Part shown: one piece after another, positions 61,073 to 64,000 of the stretch
Layout of the letters: each line of letters starts with the position of its first letter
Position numbering within the stretch: the first letter of the stretch is position 1
From: an uncultured archaeon
Lineage (GTDB): Archaea > Asgardarchaeota > Lokiarchaeia > Sigyniarchaeales > SOKP01
Assembly (NCBI GenBank): GCA_964486045.1
Contig: CAZALK010000019.1
Coordinates: forward strand, 28,976-92,975
Direction of reading: 5' to 3'
Length of the DNA: 64,000 bases
Made by a program: the position numbers and the translations under genes
Notes under the pieces: generated by a model
The model's database searches: none
What the model was told of the DNA's origin: nothing
Seen by the model: only the letters and a program-made list of their open reading frames with translations

Positions 61073-62245
61073 ATGGCAATATTTGGAGGTGAAGAAGCTT
61101 CTCAAGAGTTTTTTATTAATGATTATCTATATGTAAAACTAATTAATGAATGGACAGAAATTTTTGTACGTGGTAAGTATATGTGGTATTGTAATAGGTT
61201 ATTGTTAAACATCTCAAAGAAAAAAACCGAAGCTTCCGACCACATCTGGACTAGTGATGAAGCTTCTACTTACCTAAAAAGTACTAAAGACTATCATCCA
61301 GATTTAACCCCAGAGACAAGGTTCTGGGCAACATGTAGTAATTTGCAAGTGTGGGCAGAAAATAATTATGATACGCGACTTCTCCATCGTAGTTTATCAT
61401 TCTCACTCTTAAGAGAATTATATAAGGCAGGGGATCCTTTAGCTATTAACAAATATAAAGAAGAAATAGCCCTAAGAATACTTGCGGGATATGAACCTGT
61501 CATTGAGTATCTTATACAAGAAGATTATCTAAAAGCTTTTTCTACTGAAGAGTTGGAAGTCATTAGAGAAGATGTAAATTCTCATTCATCCTTTCCTTTA
61601 AAAGTGTTAGAAAGGTATCTTGAATATAGAAATAATTCGCTCGAGCTTGATCTTGAACTTCTTCGATTTATTCTTAATTTTCTCCTTCATGTAAGAGTAG
61701 GAACTTACAAAACTAAAGATTTGAAAACACGAGACATTCCTATATATCGTATAATTCATATTCTTAATTTTATTCAAGACTATCCTGAGCATCAATTAGT
61801 ATCTAGAAGTGGAATACAGATTAGAATCACTAGCCCAAAAAGATTTGAAGTGGTAGCCTCTCCGTTGTATGGGGTATTCTCTCTCACACAGCGTATGGTA
61901 CTTTACTTCTATTCTGCTCGCAACAAGCATAGGTATATACACACCCGGTGGATGTGTGATGAATTACAACGTCAAATGGGTAAATTATTCTATAGAATTG
62001 CATGGCTTGATGATGAACTCACCCCAGATGGAATCTATATGGGTAAGAAACTTGAGGAGATTATAAACAATGTTCTTAAAGGTATTATTTCTCTTGAAAC
62101 TGCAACTCAAAAAATTCAAGATCATCACACGTTTTTGAGGACCCATAAATTTCCCCTACCAAGTAAGAGTTATGATGTTCAGTCTCCCCTAGAGTTTTTT
62201 GGTATGTGGTGTTATTCATTAAACAAATATCTTGGTCTGGAGTAG
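61073..62245 (+). CDS. Protein with Lokiarchaeal-type N-terminal domain and unique C-terminus
   Basis: FINDYL.VKL..CNRLLLNI..PETRFWATCSNLQVWAENNYDTRLLH..GDPLA..KEEIA. Confidence 0.8.
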   Translation: MAIFGGEEASQEFFINDYLYVKLINEWTEIFVRGKYMWYCNRLLLNISKKKTEASDHIWTSDEASTYLKSTKDYHPDLTPETRFWATCSNLQVWAENNYDTRLLHRSLSFSLLRELYKAGDPLAINKYKEEIALRILAGYEPVIEYLIQEDYLKAFSTEELEVIREDVNSHSSFPLKVLERYLEYRNNSLELDLELLRFILNFLLHVRVGTYKTKDLKTRDIPIYRIIHILNFIQDYPEHQLVSRSGIQIRITSPKRFEVVASPLYGVFSLTQRMVLYFYSARNKHRYIHTRWMCDELQRQMGKLFYRIAWLDDELTPDGIYMGKKLEEIINNVLKGIISLETATQKIQDHHTFLRTHKFPLPSKSYDVQSPLEFFGMWCYSLNKYLGLE

Positions 62246-62266
62246 AAGGAAGGTGAAACTGAGATT

Positions 62267-63322
62267 ATGCTAAATATGCCAAATGTTTTTAAAATAAATG
62301 AATTCATAACGATGAGGTTAGAAGGGGGGAGGTCAAACGTGTATGTAAAAGGAGAACTGTTTAGACAGTGTAAGTACTTATTACTAAATATTCCGTTACA
62401 AGATGATAATACAATTGAAAAAATAGATTCAATCGATCAAGCGGCTCTGTTACTTGATCATTCAATGGAGCATAGAGGCAATAACTATTCGATACCTCCT
62501 GAGATGGAATTTTGGGGGCATTGTAGCAATATGCAGACATGGGTGGAGCATAACTATGATACCCGAATTTTTCATCACAACTTAGCATTTCCCTTACTTA
62601 AAAAACTTACAGATGTTGGGGATCCTCTAGCCAAAAAGGTGTTTAAAGAAGAAATAGCTCATAGGCTTGAACAAAAATACATTCCTGTAATTTATTATTT
62701 AATAGGTATGGGATATTTAAAATATCTATCCGAAGATGAAATTAACTCACTCGACGAGAGTGTTATATCTCTGATCTCAGAATTAAAATCTCGATTAAAA
62801 ATCCAAAACAGCCTAGAAGACTCACGACCTTTGCCTACACCAGAGACTCAAGATGGTATAGTGATGGATTTAGAAGGGATCGAACGATTACTCGAAAACC
62901 AAGGATATCGAACAGCGATTAGGGAGCTTGAACGGTTCTACAATTTGACTCCTAAGCATTACCTAATCACCCAAAAATTAAAAAATTTCATCGAATTTTT
63001 TTCTTTAGAAGAACTTAAGGATGTCTTTAAGAATATTGGTCTAAAGAATCAAAAATTTTTGCAACTTATTAACAAACTTATTCATAGGAAGAAAATTATT
63101 GGGAAGGTAAAGGAAGGAAGACGTATAACTATTACAGAAGAATTGGTAGGTTACCAACCAAATAATTTAAAACTTTTATGTGAGATACGAGAACTATATA
63201 AAAGCAATAAACTTTATTGGAAGTATTATAAAACCTCAATTGTCTATTTTCTTTCCAAATATAGAAGAAGGAATCGTTTCCTTATGGTGTTTAAAAAAGA
63301 TTTTGAGAAAGATTTACAATGA
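62267..63322 (+). CDS. Paralogous protein with the same N-terminal domain and a different C-terminus
   Basis: FKINEFITMRLE..QCKYLLLNIP..PEMEFWGHCSNMQTWVEHNYDTRIFH..GDPLAKKVFKEEIA; GGAAGGTGA RBS-like site upstream. Confidence 0.82.
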   Translation: MLNMPNVFKINEFITMRLEGGRSNVYVKGELFRQCKYLLLNIPLQDDNTIEKIDSIDQAALLLDHSMEHRGNNYSIPPEMEFWGHCSNMQTWVEHNYDTRIFHHNLAFPLLKKLTDVGDPLAKKVFKEEIAHRLEQKYIPVIYYLIGMGYLKYLSEDEINSLDESVISLISELKSRLKIQNSLEDSRPLPTPETQDGIVMDLEGIERLLENQGYRTAIRELERFYNLTPKHYLITQKLKNFIEFFSLEELKDVFKNIGLKNQKFLQLINKLIHRKKIIGKVKEGRRITITEELVGYQPNNLKLLCEIRELYKSNKLYWKYYKTSIVYFLSKYRRRNRFLMVFKKDFEKDLQ

Positions 63323-63455
63323 ATAAAATAAGTATATTTACAATCTCGGTTGAAAACGTATGAAAGAATGTAAGATTAATGGAAGAAAAAGATTAGCCGA
63401 AATTAAACCTTACCAGAAATTGAGCTGAAATTCTCAAGTATAATTAGAAAAGTGC

Positions 63456-63716
63456 GTGAATAAAATGGAAAAAAGAAGAGAAACCTATAAAAATCCAGAA
63501 GAATACTTACCTCAAACTTTTGGGTTGACAATACATTATATAACTCAAGAAGATGGAGTAGATGTGTACGAGTTTGATTTTCTCGATTTTGAGGGAAAAA
63601 GTGTGTGGAATTGCATATCTAAACACAAAGGCTATCACGACTTAATGAGAGCTGTAATTGAGATAAAAAGCAAGTGTGAAAATGAAATTTTAATTCTGTA
63701 TCTTTCGGACCAATAA
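63456..63716 (+). CDS. Small hypothetical protein
   Basis: 86-aa ORF, co-oriented with upstream genes. Confidence 0.6.
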   Translation: MNKMEKRRETYKNPEEYLPQTFGLTIHYITQEDGVDVYEFDFLDFEGKSVWNCISKHKGYHDLMRAVIEIKSKCENEILILYLSDQ

Positions 63717-63758
63717 AAAAAGGAAAAGAATGGAGAATTTAATTCTACAAATCCTCAC

Positions 63759-63995
63759 CTATCCTTCTTTAATTTTGTTATGACATCGCTTACAAACTGT
63801 AATGAGATTTTTAGGATCAAGGCATGTTTCTGGATTATAACTAGCACTTACTCTGTGGTGTACTCCGTTAGAAGGACTGCCACAAATACGGCACTTGTCT
63901 TTATCTCTTTCTAGGATATCAGTCTTTCGGACATTCCATTCTGGGGTGTTGTAGAAAAGCTTGATTAGATTATTTTGCCTTTCCAATTTGCTCAA
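63759..63995 (-). CDS. HNH endonuclease (5' end probably beyond the window)
   Basis: ILERDKDKCRICG..VHH..NLITVCKRCH. Confidence 0.88.
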   Translation of the reverse strand: MSKLERQNNLIKLFYNTPEWNVRKTDILERDKDKCRICGSPSNGVHHRVSASYNPETCLDPKNLITVCKRCHNKIKEG

Positions 63996-64000
63996 GGTCT

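Larger units (their letters stand above)
58700..64000. mobile_element. Probable left edge of an integrated mobile element / island
   Basis: Abrupt switch from metabolic genes to ArdC-like, tiny orphans, long spacers and HNH; no integrase or att site seen; boundary approximate. Confidence 0.5.

Noticed and set aside
472-62588. Many 60-140 aa ORFs antisense to or nested in long genes (e.g. 801..1136, 16165..16539, 58179..58595)
   Set aside because: They are shadows of well-supported genes and carry no motifs
61073-63322. Diversity-generating retroelement target/template pair
   Set aside because: No reverse transcriptase and no near-identical repeats with adenine-specific mismatches; similarity is ancient and protein-level

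Overview
AT-rich archaeal DNA, most likely Lokiarchaeia (Asgard). This is inferred from a Rab-like small GTPase, HEAT/LRR proteins, an IPG+TM+basic-tail sorting signal and an N-terminal domain (FWGHCSN..W....YDTR) recalled from Lokiarchaeal proteins. Most of the window (about 6.9-58.6 kb) encodes acyl-CoA/fatty-acid and peptide catabolism: AbfD-type dehydratase, three tandem TPP enzymes, ACAD, ECH, three thiolases, MFE-2-like hydratases and SDRs, a Mo-bisPGD oxidoreductase and an Opp/Dpp ABC transporter. It also holds pyrG, a toxin-antitoxin islet and a two-component triad. The last ~5.3 kb look like the edge of a mobile element (ArdC-like, HNH, 47-bp duplication). The best candidate for an undescribed system is at 24.8-37.3 kb. 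An AbrB-like DNA-binding domain is fused to an acyl-CoA ligase whose catalytic motifs are eroded. A TTAC-N4-GTAA palindrome lies upstream of that gene, upstream of the next membrane-protein gene, and in the divergent promoter of an unusual peptide ABC transporter whose two ATPases both carry large polytopic membrane domains. Other notable items are a catalytically dead thiolase next to an active paralogue, a 961-aa protein with three 148-aa repeats, a putative tandem-longin protein divergent from the Rab, and three unannotated gene relics. No rRNA, tRNA or CRISPR array was recognised. All family assignments come from motif reading, not database searches.
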